A DNA stretch of 64,000 nt from assembly GCA_047967505.1 (NCBI GenBank), contig CM106538.1. One strand, given 5' to 3'. A program made the translations under genes and the position numbers. This stretch comes from Dipteris shenzhenensis. Its lineage: Eukaryota. The notes beneath the pieces were generated by a model. It did not search any database. It was not told the origin of the DNA and saw nothing but the letters and a program-made list of their open reading frames with translations. Positions 34,780 to 47,400 of this stretch are shown here, one piece after another; positions within the stretch are counted from its first letter, which is position 1; each line of letters opens with the position of its first letter.

Positions 34780-36505
34780 CTGTAACAAATAAAAGCCAGA
34801 TCAAGGTTTGTTGCAATCAAAGGGCTGTCTATAGTAGCAATATGTTTGGCTTATCTTACACAAGTACTAAGAAAAACTGGCATCTACCACTAGTGTAAAG
34901 AAAGCAATGAAGAAAATCTGTGCCGTGCCTGTTTCTCAAATCACAATGACTGACCAGCAAACTCATTGAACTACCTGGCCTCAAATTCAGAGAATCTTGC
35001 AGTCATAATTAACAAACTAAGCAAATGATGTATCAAATTTCATAAACCTTTCGGTTATTTTAACAAATAACCAAAAAATTGAATTGGAGATGAACAGCAC
35101 ATAATCTCTACCAATCCTTTTCAAGGGAAAGTTGAAAAATCACACGTATTCTCACAAGCGTAAAAAGCTAGTGACTTTCGCAAATAAAAACGGGGTACTA
35201 CAGATGCTGACTATTGTGCCTATGCTATTGCTTTTCCCTTTTTGGCCACATTTCTAGGGTTCAAAAAGTGTGCATGTGTCTGAAACCCAAGTGCTGCAGA
35301 AGATTCCTCCTGAGAGGAATCCTTGCCAAAACGTTGGCATGACTTTCGGTCAGAGCAATGCACTGTCTCCTTTGCCTTCAAGTATTCATTACCAGTCGGT
35401 CCAAATGATTCATACCTTGACCCGCAGCTCGCTTTGCCCTCATTTGCTTCGCCAGGTTCTTTGCTTTGTTATTGGACCCCTTTAGGTTGGGAGTTCCACA
35501 TTGTCCCCAGCTGTTGATGTAGCCATATCCTCACGGCTTCAATCTCCCTTTGGTACATCATGTGCCTTCTAGTATTTTCAGGGAGATAGCCTAACTCACT
35601 CTCTCCCCTGCTCAATACTATCTGAACTGAAAGAATGATGCACTCAAAACAAAAGTGGGCCTCCAAAGAGGGAAAATAATAACTGAACAATGTCTGGCCC
35701 AGAGGGCTGAATACAACTGTAAAGAAACATGTACTGTATCGAGAGAAAACCCCCATTACAAACGAGCACAAGAAACTACTGTACCGGGCTGAGGACTAGC
35801 TGTACAAGGGATAGAAGGGGGCTATTGGCCTGCTCCAAACTCTCCTGCCTTGATCATGATCCCAAAGGCTGTTGCTTGCTGAGGCTAGAAGCTGAGAGGT
35901 GGATGAAGAAGGGCTGGCTTTTAGGGCAGATTGACCGACCTAGTCGGTGGGTCAACGCCAACCATTTACCAGGTCAGTCAAAAGTTAGCGTTGACCAAAA
36001 AGTCAACGCATTGATTTTTTTACCAAAAAGTCAAACATGCGTTTTTTGACATGCATTGTCTTTTGAGGCTTCTTGGCAGTATTTGATGGTGTTGTAGCCT
36101 GTAGGAAGTATGCCACGAGATGTGGATGCCTTTGACATCCCCTTCTGCTGAAACTTGATCTAGTGTATGGGAGGGCCACCTGGGATACTGAAGGGCAAAA
36201 TAACCTGTGAAAAGGACTTTTGCAACATGGATCCTGATCTGATGGAACTGAATACCTGGTGTATTGATCTAGGAAGATGCTTAATTTGATTCTCCTCTAT
36301 GCATATTGGTGATAGGGACAGAGGAAGATTCTGTTAGAAATCGACCAACAAAGGGTACGCAATATGGAAGACTGATAGAATAGCCCAGGACTTTTGCAAC
36401 ATGGATCCTGATCTGATGGAACTGAATACCTGGTGTATTGATCTAGGAAGATGCTTAATTTGATTCTCCTCTATGCATATTGGTGATAGGGACAGAGGAA
36501 GATTC

Positions 36506-37574
36506 TGTTAGAAATCGACCAACAAAGGGTACGCAATATGGAAGACTGAGAGAATAGCCCAGGAGCTCACACAATGTGTGTGGGGTGTGGAATCACAAAC
36601 TTCTTAACTTAATGTGCATCACATAGATGTGCATACTCATCAATAGACAACGAACCAGCCAGATATAGAAACCACCAAAATAATATATTTCCGTCCAAAG
36701 CTATGGACACAATACAAAAGAGATAGATCCACAGTCACACCAATGGTGTGGTCCTCTGATCTTACCACAAGGTACTTCTACTATCTACCGGATATCTCTA
36801 GACTCGAGCCCGCGTGCTCCACCTCGAGCATCTGTAGACTTTCCGTCTAGATCTCAGCTTCTTGCTGTCCTAGAACACAGCCAAAGTCCCAGCCCTCTGT
36901 GAGCTCAGTCTGCAGCTCTTCTTGATCTCCTCTGCCTCCTGAATGTATGCCTGAGGGAGGGTATGCTGCTGCTCCTGCTGCTCCCAAGTGTGCTGGCTGC
37001 TGGATGCCGAAATGAGGCCTGAGGCCTCTCCTTTTATAAGGGCTGAGCCCCCTGTCAAATTGACCGACCAGCCAGCCCTAAATGGACTGACTGGCTGGTT
37101 GGTTGCAGCCCTAACCAACCAACTGGTTGGCTGCCGTCCAAGCCCTATATAAGGGCCTCTTCCAGGCCCTTTTGGGCTGCTGCCAGGCCCCAAGGGCAGC
37201 CCCTGTGCCCCTTTGCAGGCACCTTTTGCTGCACCACATGCAGCCTCTATCGCAGGTCATGTATCTGCACACATCAATGCCACGTGGCTCGCCTTTTAGT
37301 CGCCTTTCTCTTGGGTAGTCTCCGCCATTTGGTGCTGCTCCAAACATGTCTCAGTCAGGCCAGATCCAAGCTGAACATCCATAGCCACCTTTTCGTCCAT
37401 GAGCTTCATTTGTTGCAACCACCATGGCTCCTCCAGGTTCTTCTTTCTTTCTCTGATCTCTGGCCCCATGGCATCCATAGCGCTGCCCATGTGGCCTTCT
37501 CTCAAGACCTAGGTCCACCTTCCCCATGCTCTCCTCATATGGGGGCTTACAAATGGGGAGGTGACCTTTCCACA
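36506..37574 (-). mobile_element. Solo LTR (1,069 bp)
   Basis: TGTTAGAAAT...TTTCCACA flanked by a perfect TSD GATTC (36501-36505 / 37575-37579). Related to the LTR at 19501-23339. Confidence 0.85.
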
Positions 37575-38997
37575 GATTCGTCATGAGGGAGACATCCTGG
37601 TCCTGCTGTAGCACTGTGTCCTGCTGAGTCCGAACTCAAGTCCTCTAAATTACTAAAATCAAAGGTCAAGGCAGAACACCTCTAAGCCAAGAAATGAACT
37701 TGGACCCATGGCCTGGGATCTTGACATCCCAGCATTGGTTTTGATAATCTGGTCAGACTTCGAACTGGTGCCACCAACGTGTTCCCAAGATGATGTCCGC
37801 TGCCTGCTTAGGTGCGACCCTAAGTGGCCAACAGTCTATCCACCCTGAGATCTTCAAAGTGGCTGCTGCTGCCCCAAAATGCACCATTCAAGGAAATAGG
37901 TTCCGTTGGCATAAGAGTCAATCGAGCCTGCTAAGCTGCTTTGGTGGAAATGACGTCCTTTGAACTGCCGGAATCTGCCAAGATAATGGCCTTCTAAATA
38001 CCAATCTGTCCATAGAACTGAAAATTGGTGAGGCTCCCCTTTTGCTGATCTTCAAGCTCCATGGTTGTGCCTATAGGAGTTGAAGCTGTAGGTGAACCAC
38101 TCGACGCGGATCTTCTACTCAAAGCTTCTAATGATGCGAGCAATCTTCCTTCTTATGGCCCAGCAAATGACAATGGAAGCATCGGTTCTCTTTGGCATAG
38201 GTTGCTCGTGGATGCAGTCGCCATCTTCGTTGCTGTCCTTCACCATCCAGCTCTTCTTCTGCTGCCCATTCCCACCATCACCTAGCCTTCACCTAGCGTG
38301 GCGTCCTAGGACTTCTTACTATTGACCTGCTTGGATCCTTGGCCCTTGTGCATGAGCTCAAAGTGTTGAGCAAACTCGTATGCACACTCGTAATCCAAGG
38401 CCTGAAACTTCCGACATACCACTGGATGTCTGTACGCAACCCATGGAAGAATTTGCTCATCTTCAGACTTTCCTCCAGCTGCAACTGTATAAACACCTGA
38501 GTGAACTTGTTGGCATAATGGTTCACCGTATCGCTCGAAAAACTGACTCTGAAGCCTATCCAAGTATTGGGGTGGCAGGAACCGTGATCGGAGGTCTTTC
38601 AAGAATTCTGTCCAGCTGTAAAGAGGTGTCTCCTCGTCTGCATCATAGTGGTCTTTCTACCACTTGAGCTACCAGGTGACTGCCTCGCCTATAAGGTGCA
38701 TGAATGCTAAGATGCACTACTTGTTGTTCGTAGGCATCACTGAAAAATAGCTTTCAAACTGATTGAGCCATGAAGTCAACACTAAGGGTTCTTGCTTAAC
38801 ATCGTACCGCATGAAGTTGAGCTTCCTAGGGAAAGAAGGTTTGACGGGCGGTGCGAGTCTCTACCTTTCCTCCCGAGATGGTCGGGGTAGAGAAATGAGG
38901 AGTTTCCGGTCCCATTCTTCCTTCTACTCCCGAGCACTACGCTCATGTTCTTCCTTTTTCTCTTGACCAGTACGTTCTCTAAGCTCCCTGGCCTCCT

Positions 38998-39136
38998 GAG
39001 CCTTGCGGTCCCGGAGTTCCTTGGCTTCCCGAGCCTCGCAGTCCCGGAGTTCCTTGGCCTCTTGAACCTTGTGGTCCTGGAGTTCCTTGGCCTCTTGAAC
39101 CTCACGGTCCTAGAGTTCCTTGGCTTCCTAAACCTC
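38998..39136. repeat. 33-bp tandem repeat x about 4 in the Gypsy gag N-terminus
   Basis: GAGCCTyGCrGTCCCGGAGTTCCTTGGCyTCyy-like units; one minus frame gives EAKELRD.EA.. coiled-coil-like repeats. Confidence 0.9.
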
Positions 39137-40044
39137 CCGATCACATTCCCCTTTGCCTCCCGAGCAGCTCTATCGCGCTTTCTAGCGGCTTGCTCAAGAT
39201 CTTCCCACATTTCTTGGAGCTAAGTCATGCAGGTTGAAGAGAGCCTCGGACTGTTGTTGCTGCATCTACATCATAATCTCGATCATGGCCATCATGGGAG
39301 ACATTGAGGCATCTGCAGGGTTCTATCGTGGTAGGGGGTGGGAAATGGATTTTTCCTCCCCACTTGCCTTGGACTGCTCACTAATACTCATGGTGTCCTT
39401 ACCGGATCTTGTTTGGACCATAAAAGAGTGGGGCTGTCCCTAAACTAACCCTCTCTGTCTCACGAAAGAAAAACTGAAGTTCTGATACCAATGTAATACT
39501 ATCTGAACCGAAAGAGCACTCAAAACACAAGTGGAACTGTGAAGTGAGTGTGAGAATCATAGAGGGAAAGAATATAGTGGGCCTCCGAAGAGGGAAAATA
39601 ATAACTGAACAATGTCTGGCCCAGACAGCTGAATACAATTGTAAAGAAACAAGTATTGTACAAAGGGAGACCTCACTACAAAAGAGAACTAGAAACTGCT
39701 GTACCGGACTGAAGCAGGCTGAGGACTAACTGAAGAAGGTCTGGAAGGGGCTGTTGCGCTGCTGGGCTGCTACACACTCTCGTGCCCTGAGCCTGATCCT
39801 AAAGGCTACTAGTAGCTTGCTAACGCTAGAAGCTCTGAGAGGTAGATGAATAATGAGGCCAATGGGATGGCCTTATATAGGCTTCTAGGGCAGGGGCAAA
39901 TTGACCGAACTGGTCCTTTGGTCAACACCGACCGTTGACCAGGTCGGTCAAAAGTCAATGGTGACAAAAACCAAAAAGTCAAACCTACGTTTTCTGTTCT
40001 GCATTGTCTTCTGAGGTTTCCACAGGTTGTGGATGCCCGTGACA

Positions 40045-42300
40045 AATAAGTTGTTGACTTCTTATGTATTACTGAGTAGATAAATTGAATTCCTTGATCT
40101 GACATGATTTTGATTGGGCACCCAAATCTACATGTGATTTTCTCATATAGGAACCTTGTTGTACTCATGCTATGTTACCCCTCAAGGATCTCGCTTCAGC
40201 CCATTTCGTGATGTAGTCCATTGCCACCAAAATGTACTTATTACCTCTTGGGTGTGTGCAACCTTGAATGGACCTATGGTATATGTCACACTTGGAGAGT
40301 AGAAGGTCACTTCCCCATCTATGAGCCCCCAAATGAGGAGCCCATGGGGGAGGTGCACCATATACGTCTCAGAAAGGAAGGGTTGCCACATGGGCAGCAT
40401 GCAGGCTGCCATGTGGACAGCATAGAGAGAAGAACCAGCCTGCCATTGGTGGGCTGGAGAAGCTGTGAACAAAGGGCAGGAGGGCCCACATCCAGGGAAG
40501 GTTTGTACCTGGACCAGCAGCATGGGCTGCCCCAGACCCGTGTTAGCCCTTTGTCTGGAATGGCGTTCTAGATGTGGAAACACGTTCCGTGGTAGCTATG
40601 GTATTGTGCCCAGAAGGGACTAGGTAATGGATGCAGAAAGGACCAGAAACAGGCACGTTGGAGGTAGGCCAGCAGCAGGCTGCCACGTGACCGGGTTGGG
40701 CAGAAAAGCCAGAGACTGGATCAGCCTAGTCTGTGGGAAAGTCAGGCAGGTCTGTTGGGGTTCCAGCATATAAAAAGGCCCCATTCTTGGGGCATCTTAT
40801 TCCATTGTTCCAGGGTCCTTACGCCTCAATTTGGGCTGCCACCACTACAGAAAGGGAGATCTAGAACAGCAGCAAGAGTCTTCATCAAGGGGCTGCCTGC
40901 CGCAGGGGTCCACATCTAATCAGCACCCTGCTGATAGAGGGTGTCAATTTTACATCAGGTACACTCCTCTTTGGATTCTTTATCTTCGATGAGAGACAAT
41001 AGTATGCTCCATAATGGGATGAAACCAAGTATATGAATGATCTTGAAAATAAACTCTTGCAGTAGAAGCATCCATCTAATCAATCTTGGTTTCATGATTG
41101 TTTTTTGATCAAACAGAATGATGCTTGGTATAGAAAACACGAATGGGTTACCCATAAATGGTGCCGAAACTTCTGAACAATGTACATAATGAGTATCAAC
41201 GCCTTCGCCTAGATCGCTTACGGAAACTACTGCTTCAACTCATTCGTTGTTTGACATCTCTTGCAGAAACTAATGCTTTGACTCATTCGTTGTTCAATTC
41301 AGACTTCGTTTCCGGTCTCATAAGCTAATGCACGGTTCGGAGCTGAGGAATCCCACGAATGAGTGAACTTGCTTGACATTGCTTGGCTCCTTCATTTTCT
41401 AAATGGAGTCAATCTCTGATTTCTCTGTCAATATCCCTCCGCTTGAAATGGTGTGTCCCAACAAAACTCCTGAAAAGACACAGGATAGGCGCTTGTATGG
41501 GTTGAGGGAGATTCAGGTCTCCCTGCATTTCTGGAACACCACCTTTAAACAGTGTACGTACATTGGCTTCTTACTGTACACTAAAAAGTAATCTAGGAAA
41601 ATGTCTACAAATTTGCCAACGAAAGGATTCCACCATCAACCTTTGAAACGCGGCTAGTGCATTCTTCAACCCGAATGGCATTACCTCGCTTGAGTATGCC
41701 CCCATTGGGTAATGAAAGTGGTCCTTTGTTTGTCTCCTTCGGCCAGTGTGATCTGATTGTAACCATTGTATCTGTCCTAAACGAATACATCTCGTGCCCC
41801 ACCACTTTGTATTGTATGCTATCCCTGAAGGGGAGTGTAAAAGGATGGTCTTTGATGGTTTGTTCATTCAGCTTCCTACAGTCCACACACTCCCAGCTCT
41901 CCATTCTTTTTGGACACAAGGACGATGGGGAACAACCATTCAGTCCAATCCACCACACAGATAAATCCTACCCTTAATAGCTGATTAATTTCAGTTATGA
42001 CCAACTTTGCATAGTTGGGATTCATTTGGTATCCTGTTGAGACATCTTTGTATTGCGAAAAGAGTTCCTAGGCTTGCTTGATGAATTCATCAGGCAATTC
42101 CTCGTTGGTATGTATCAGCTTAATTGAGTTCTTCGATGGCTTATCCCTCAGTGATTTGGCCACAGCCGTTGATTCTGCTGATGTGATACACAGGCTCCTT
42201 CTTTATTTCCATCTTTCCTTCTTCTTCAATAATATCCTTTAGAAACGCTAATTTTGACTTCTCTTCATCCACTGGCAACTATGTTGCTACTCTCATGGCA
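40045..42300 (-). mobile_element. Decayed Ty3/Gypsy pol (RT, RNase H, integrase) with an LTR fragment inserted at about 40291-40954
   Basis: CVDCRKLNEQTIKD..FTLPF, VMPFGLKNALAAFQRLM, KPRLIRWMLLLQEF, RFLYEKITCRFGCPIKIMSDQG. The insert matches the reverse complement of the LTR ends at 23339 and 37574. Confidence 0.88.
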
Positions 42301-42899
42301 TCAATGGTCGCTACTGACACAATATACCTGTGGTAGTTTTTTTGGGAAGGATTGACAGAGAGAAGGGCAGAGCGCAGGTGCATATGCCCATAGATGAGGG
42401 CTTTCAGCATATCATTGTTGCTGCCTACAGCAGTTTTGCCAGTTTTGTACACCAAAGGGGCCCTGTTTATAGGCTGCCATGGGGGGTCGGCAGACTCTAA
42501 ATTTGCCCCCGGCTGAACCTGTGGAAATGGGTGGCCTGCTGCAAGGTACGCAACGCATACAGACGCATATCACACCAAATCACCAAGTCATTCGACTTGC
42601 ACATGGAAGTTTCCCTGTTGTCCCTGTGGTGCAGATGCACAACATCACTCACAGACAAATTTGCACGGAATGGGAACCTCAGGAAGGTATTCCCAACACA
42701 TGAAACACCTACTAGCGATGAATTTGATGTGACGAGATGTCGCAACTTGAAGCAACAGCTTCAATCTCTTAAACTATGAAATAAAAAACAACTTGTAACT
42801 CCCTGCAGGATTTGCAAAGCCCGATGAAAATTACTGCATCTTCTCGAAAACAAAATTAGGATCACTGTAACCCCGCGCTAATTCTTACATAAATCAAAT

Positions 42900-43470
42900 G
42901 ACGGTCCGAATAGGGCGCTTTACTTGAAACAAGGGACACTCGGACATTCTAAAACTGGGGTTTTATGAAAACATAGCATGATAGAAATACACCTACGAGC
43001 ACAAGCATTGGCCAAATCTTCAATCTTCCGATATCTGCGCACGGAAATACCTTTATTGTGGGAGTCGGACATCGCATCGGATTCACGATTGAAAATGTCG
43101 AACGTTCCCATCTCGTGATGCAGAGTCTGCTACGTTGGAGAAGTTCTCCTCTATCATCTGGCAATGGCCAAACGAATCTGAAGCCATTCTTCAGAAGTAT
43201 ACCTGACTCATCGCATGACTACTGACAAAGGGTCTCCAAAAAATCCTGTTCAAAGTCCAGTGCATCGCCCGCCGGCTGACTTTCCAAGCTCCCAAAGACG
43301 AAGAGAGAATCCACCGATTAGACGAAAGAGAAAGCTGGTCGACCAGATGGCGATGCGAGGACCCTTCAAAAAAGTAACCCAAATTAAGTTCTCTTCGTAT
43401 CTCACGGAATATACTCTTTACCATCATTCTTGGTTTCAAGATTTGGTGTCAAGATTCCCACGTGGGCTAA
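42900..43470 (-). promoter_or_regulatory. Candidate promoter / first exon of the SINA gene
   Basis: CpG-retaining non-TE island. It has a palindromic G-box CCCACGTGGG at 43457-43466 with an overlapping TGGGCT site-II motif, pyrimidine patches on the minus strand, and donors CAG|GTATAC (43202) and AAG|GTATTT (43050). Confidence 0.5.
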
Positions 43471-44432
43471 TCTGTGGCTTAGCCTCGGTTCTGAAGAATC
43501 CATTGCTAGAAAAAAACAAGGGGCACAGGGTGCCGACATCAAAGAATAAAAGTTTTTTTTTTAAATTTGAAGAGTGACTCATTTTTTGGTCAGAATATTT
43601 TCGAGTTGGAAATTTAAATTAATTGAAGGAAAAAGGGAAATTTATAACTTAGCTCAAAGAAAGGTATAAGCTATGAGGAGCCTTAAAAACCTGATATTGA
43701 AATGTTTGATTGTGCTAGTATAGTGAGACGAATCTTGTAGATTACATCATGTAATCATATATTGTGACTAAGTAGTAAGAACTTTGATGTTGTCGAAGAA
43801 GTTGATCATGCTTTGTTTATAGGGTTTTTGAATGGGTTCGATATTTGGACTTGCAGTTTGGCTGCTACACTACTATTGTTGATCTCATCATTACTATGAC
43901 CTGTGAACGAGTTAAAAGAAAGTAGGTTAGATTGTAGCCATGATTCAATGTTTAACACCTTCAAAGAAACCTTCAAAGAGAGAGAACGCATACATGATTT
44001 CGTATGCAATTTACCTGTATTTCAATTAATGACCTTATCGTTTGGGTCTTTGTTTTTTTAATTGTAGGATGTTGACTTCTTTCCTATAAAATACAACAAG
44101 ATTTGGTTAGTGTTATCGAAACTTTGCTAGTGAAGAGAATTGCTTGTTTAGTAAAAGTAGCTATAGTTCAATAAAAGTTAAGATGTGAAAGAGAGGGAAA
44201 TAATGTAAGCAAGCATTGATGCGAGTTAGTTATAAACTAACATGAAAGGATTGGTTGTCAATCGAATTATTTACGAGCACGCTTGAAGGGATCGATTGTT
44301 GATATACTTGGTATTAATAGAAATCGAGCAACTTACCGATTATCTTAACCGAGGAATAGGAATCTGAAAGTCCATTTTTTCGAGCTATCTCAAATTCAAG
44401 TTCCAAGTTTCCAAGTATGAAGTTTTCTATTG

Positions 44433-47400
44433 TCAAGTTTCTTGTGTCATTTTGAATGAAGGCATATATGATGGCGTTTTGTATGATAGTATAACTGCGT
44501 CATGATTTGACCAGTAGATCGGTATGTTATTGGCAACTGATTCTGATAGTGGTGCATTTGTCCATATATGATCTAGGAGTGATTTATAATTGGTTGTTGG
44601 TAAGTTGTTTCCTAGTACTAGATGATGATTAGCAGACATTAATGATTGTAGTGTTCTCTGTTCTTTACTATTTGTGAGCATATCAATGTTAAAGTCTCCA
44701 AGGATGAAGGTTACAGAATTAGTTGATATTGTCTTTATCTTGTTGCTCAGTATTGTTAGGAAAGCTGATTAGTTACTGGTTAGTTACTGGAAGGTGAACG
44801 ATACATTGCTATGATATGGAGTAACTTGTGTCTGGTAGCCTGTAATGTTGTTTCGATGATGTCATAGTCGGTTGTTGTTTCTATGAGTGCTTCTTTTAAA
44901 GTATATTCATTGTCATAGAGAAGTGTTGTTGCGTGTTTACTAGGAGCTATGATAGATTTGTATTTGTTGTTGCTAGTAGTGAAGCATGTTGTTAATTGAG
45001 GTGTGTTGACTTCTGTTAAACAAATGATGTGACTATATTCCATAAAGTAATGTGCTTTTAGATCGTTTGCGTGTGCTAATAAAGAGCGAGTGTTTAACGT
45101 CAATATATTGTGGTGACCTGCAATGAAGTCTTGTATTTGTAACATTGAAAATTGCCACGAGGATTCTGTTAATAGTCGTTTAGTTTCTTCTTCAACAGCA
45201 TTGTCCACATGAAAGTTCGAATCTGTAAGTGATGATAGTAGGTATAAGTGTTCCTTTGATCTTATACGTGATAGTGCAGTGTATGTTAGCCCATGCCTAG
45301 TAATGTTTGCTGGGCAGAAAGCTACTTGTTCTAGAGTTAAACCTTGTGAGTAATGTATCATACGAGCTGCAGCTCTTTGTATTGGAAATTGTTTTCTGAT
45401 TATTGTATTTGCGTTGTGGTGTCCTATTTGTATCTCTTTCGAGATAGGAAAGATGCATGTCCAATTATGTTGTATGCAATCTGTATATAAGTTTGTATAT
45501 CGGGCTCGTGTTTGTGCACCTACACGTGGTTGAAGGAATTGTATCCAAATAATTGGATCGTTCGTATCTGTTTTTTTTTATGCACGAAAGTAGCCGTCTG
45601 CTCCGTTAACTAGTTCGTCTGTTGTGTCATAATTTCCTGCACACAGTTCTACTAACATTGATGGCTTTAACTCTAGCGTTTTATGTAAACCAGTTGTTTT
45701 GTTTGGATTATTTGGTAACGTTATGCTTGTTTTAAAATGTTCGCTATAAAAGTCTTTTGCTTCAAAGACGTGAATTTCACCTTGGGTTTTTTCGAAAACG
45801 ATGTTATTGTGTTGGTTTGTAGCCTTTTGAGTGTAGAATAAGTGTGGTATTGTCAAGTCATCTGGAGGTTCGCAAAAACATGTTTCATTTATTGTATTGA
45901 TTTCTTCCTGTGTTTGTTTGTTTTTCCCAAATTTGTTTAGGATATTTCACAAACTCGGTGTCAGTTTGCCACATAATTGTGAGAGTTCATAGTACTTGAA
46001 ATTCTTTGTCCAGATGTTTGTAGGCAATATACCTTCTCATGCGAATATCCACCTATCACATATGAGCGGGATTTGATATAAGTCACCAAAAAAGAAAACG
46101 TGCACTCCACCAAATGGTAGATGTCGAGCGTGTTTAATTGCGCATAAATGCTTGTCTAGTGTTGTAAGCATTCATGCTCCTATTAGGGATATTTCATCTA
46201 CGACTATTGCTTGCAGTTTAGAGTATGCTTTTGTGAGTGCATCTAATCGTTCATCTAGTATTTGTGACTTTTCTCTTTGGTTGATAGGAATATGTAAAGC
46301 TGAGTGTAGTGTCATGCCATCTATATTGTATGCAGCTTTCCCAATGTATGCTAGTTTCAGGACTTTCAGTTTCAATGGATCAGCATATTTATGTGAATTG
46401 AATTTTCTTGTTAGGAATTCAACGAGTACCTTTAATAGAGTTGTTTTCTCGGTACCAGCTCCTCCTGTGATGAATGCATGTATTTGTTCTTCCTCTTGGT
46501 AAGTTAACTTGAACACAATGTCATTGAAAATTTGCCACATTTGTGGATTTAATTGTCTTATTTGTTTGCAGTACTCATTTGATGATTGAGCAACTCCTTT
46601 TAGTGTTAGTAACTGGTACGGTGGCATGTTTCATTTAGCCTTTTTGTTGTCTTCTTCATAGGTTAAGTTATATAACTCAACATTTGTAGCATTAGTTAAC
46701 TTGATATAGTTCTCATGAAAGTCGGTTGGTGTTGAGTTTATGAAGTTGTCGTCATCTTTTGACAATTGATGGGCATTTTCTTCAAAGTTATTCTAGTTAG
46801 AGTCTTCTTTGTTACAATAAACATGTGTGTATTTCTTTACGTTATTTGTTATACTATCAATGTGGAGATTGTAGAGGTCTTTCCACGTTGTATGTGAACC
46901 TTTCAAATTTTCTTCGTCCTCGAAAAGGTAAATGTAGTAAGACCATCTCTCTATAGTGGTTTTTGGGGTCACAGTTTTTGTTGTATTTTATTGAGCTTAT
47001 GATTCTTTCTTTTTTTCGATTCTAAAGCTCTCATTGTAATTATAAAATGCAACAATGTCAAATAGGGTACAGTTGTCAAGGCAAGAGGGACGTGCCTTGT
47101 AATTTTTCTATAATGGATGTACACATTATGTCCGTCGAATTGTCAAGGAAGGCTTGAAGCTCTTAATTACGTTTCAACACAAAAGATTGGTCTTCTACAA
47201 GTGCCGTGTTAATAAATTGGAATGATCTGCAGGCATGGTATAGGGGTAGCGAGAGTATTATAAACACTGCTTGTTCAACAGACATTTGTTGTGTGTTTAA
47301 GAATGCTGATTCAAGTTGCTTGATACACGTAGCAGCATCACTGTGCTTGTGCTTGCATTTCTCTATAATTGTGTTAAATGTTTTTGTCATTGTGTTGTCG

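Larger units (their letters stand above)
35614..40044 (-). mobile_element. Gypsy-type gag-only LTR element (LTRs about 35614-36137 and 39492-40044)
   Basis: Two homologous but diverged LTRs (AATACTATCTGAAC...GGATGCC..TGACA); PBS-Met 39478-39490; PPT 36138-36146. Retrotrans_gag-like LRSRFLPPQYLDRLQSQF..YANKF..KMSKFFHGLRTDIQ; no pol recognised between the LTRs. Confidence 0.75.

Noticed and set aside
38998-39136. 33-bp repeats as a CRISPR array or a standalone Arg-rich protein (ORF 38782-39210)
   Set aside because: Head-to-tail units inside Gypsy gag; the Arg-rich reading is probably an off-frame translation.
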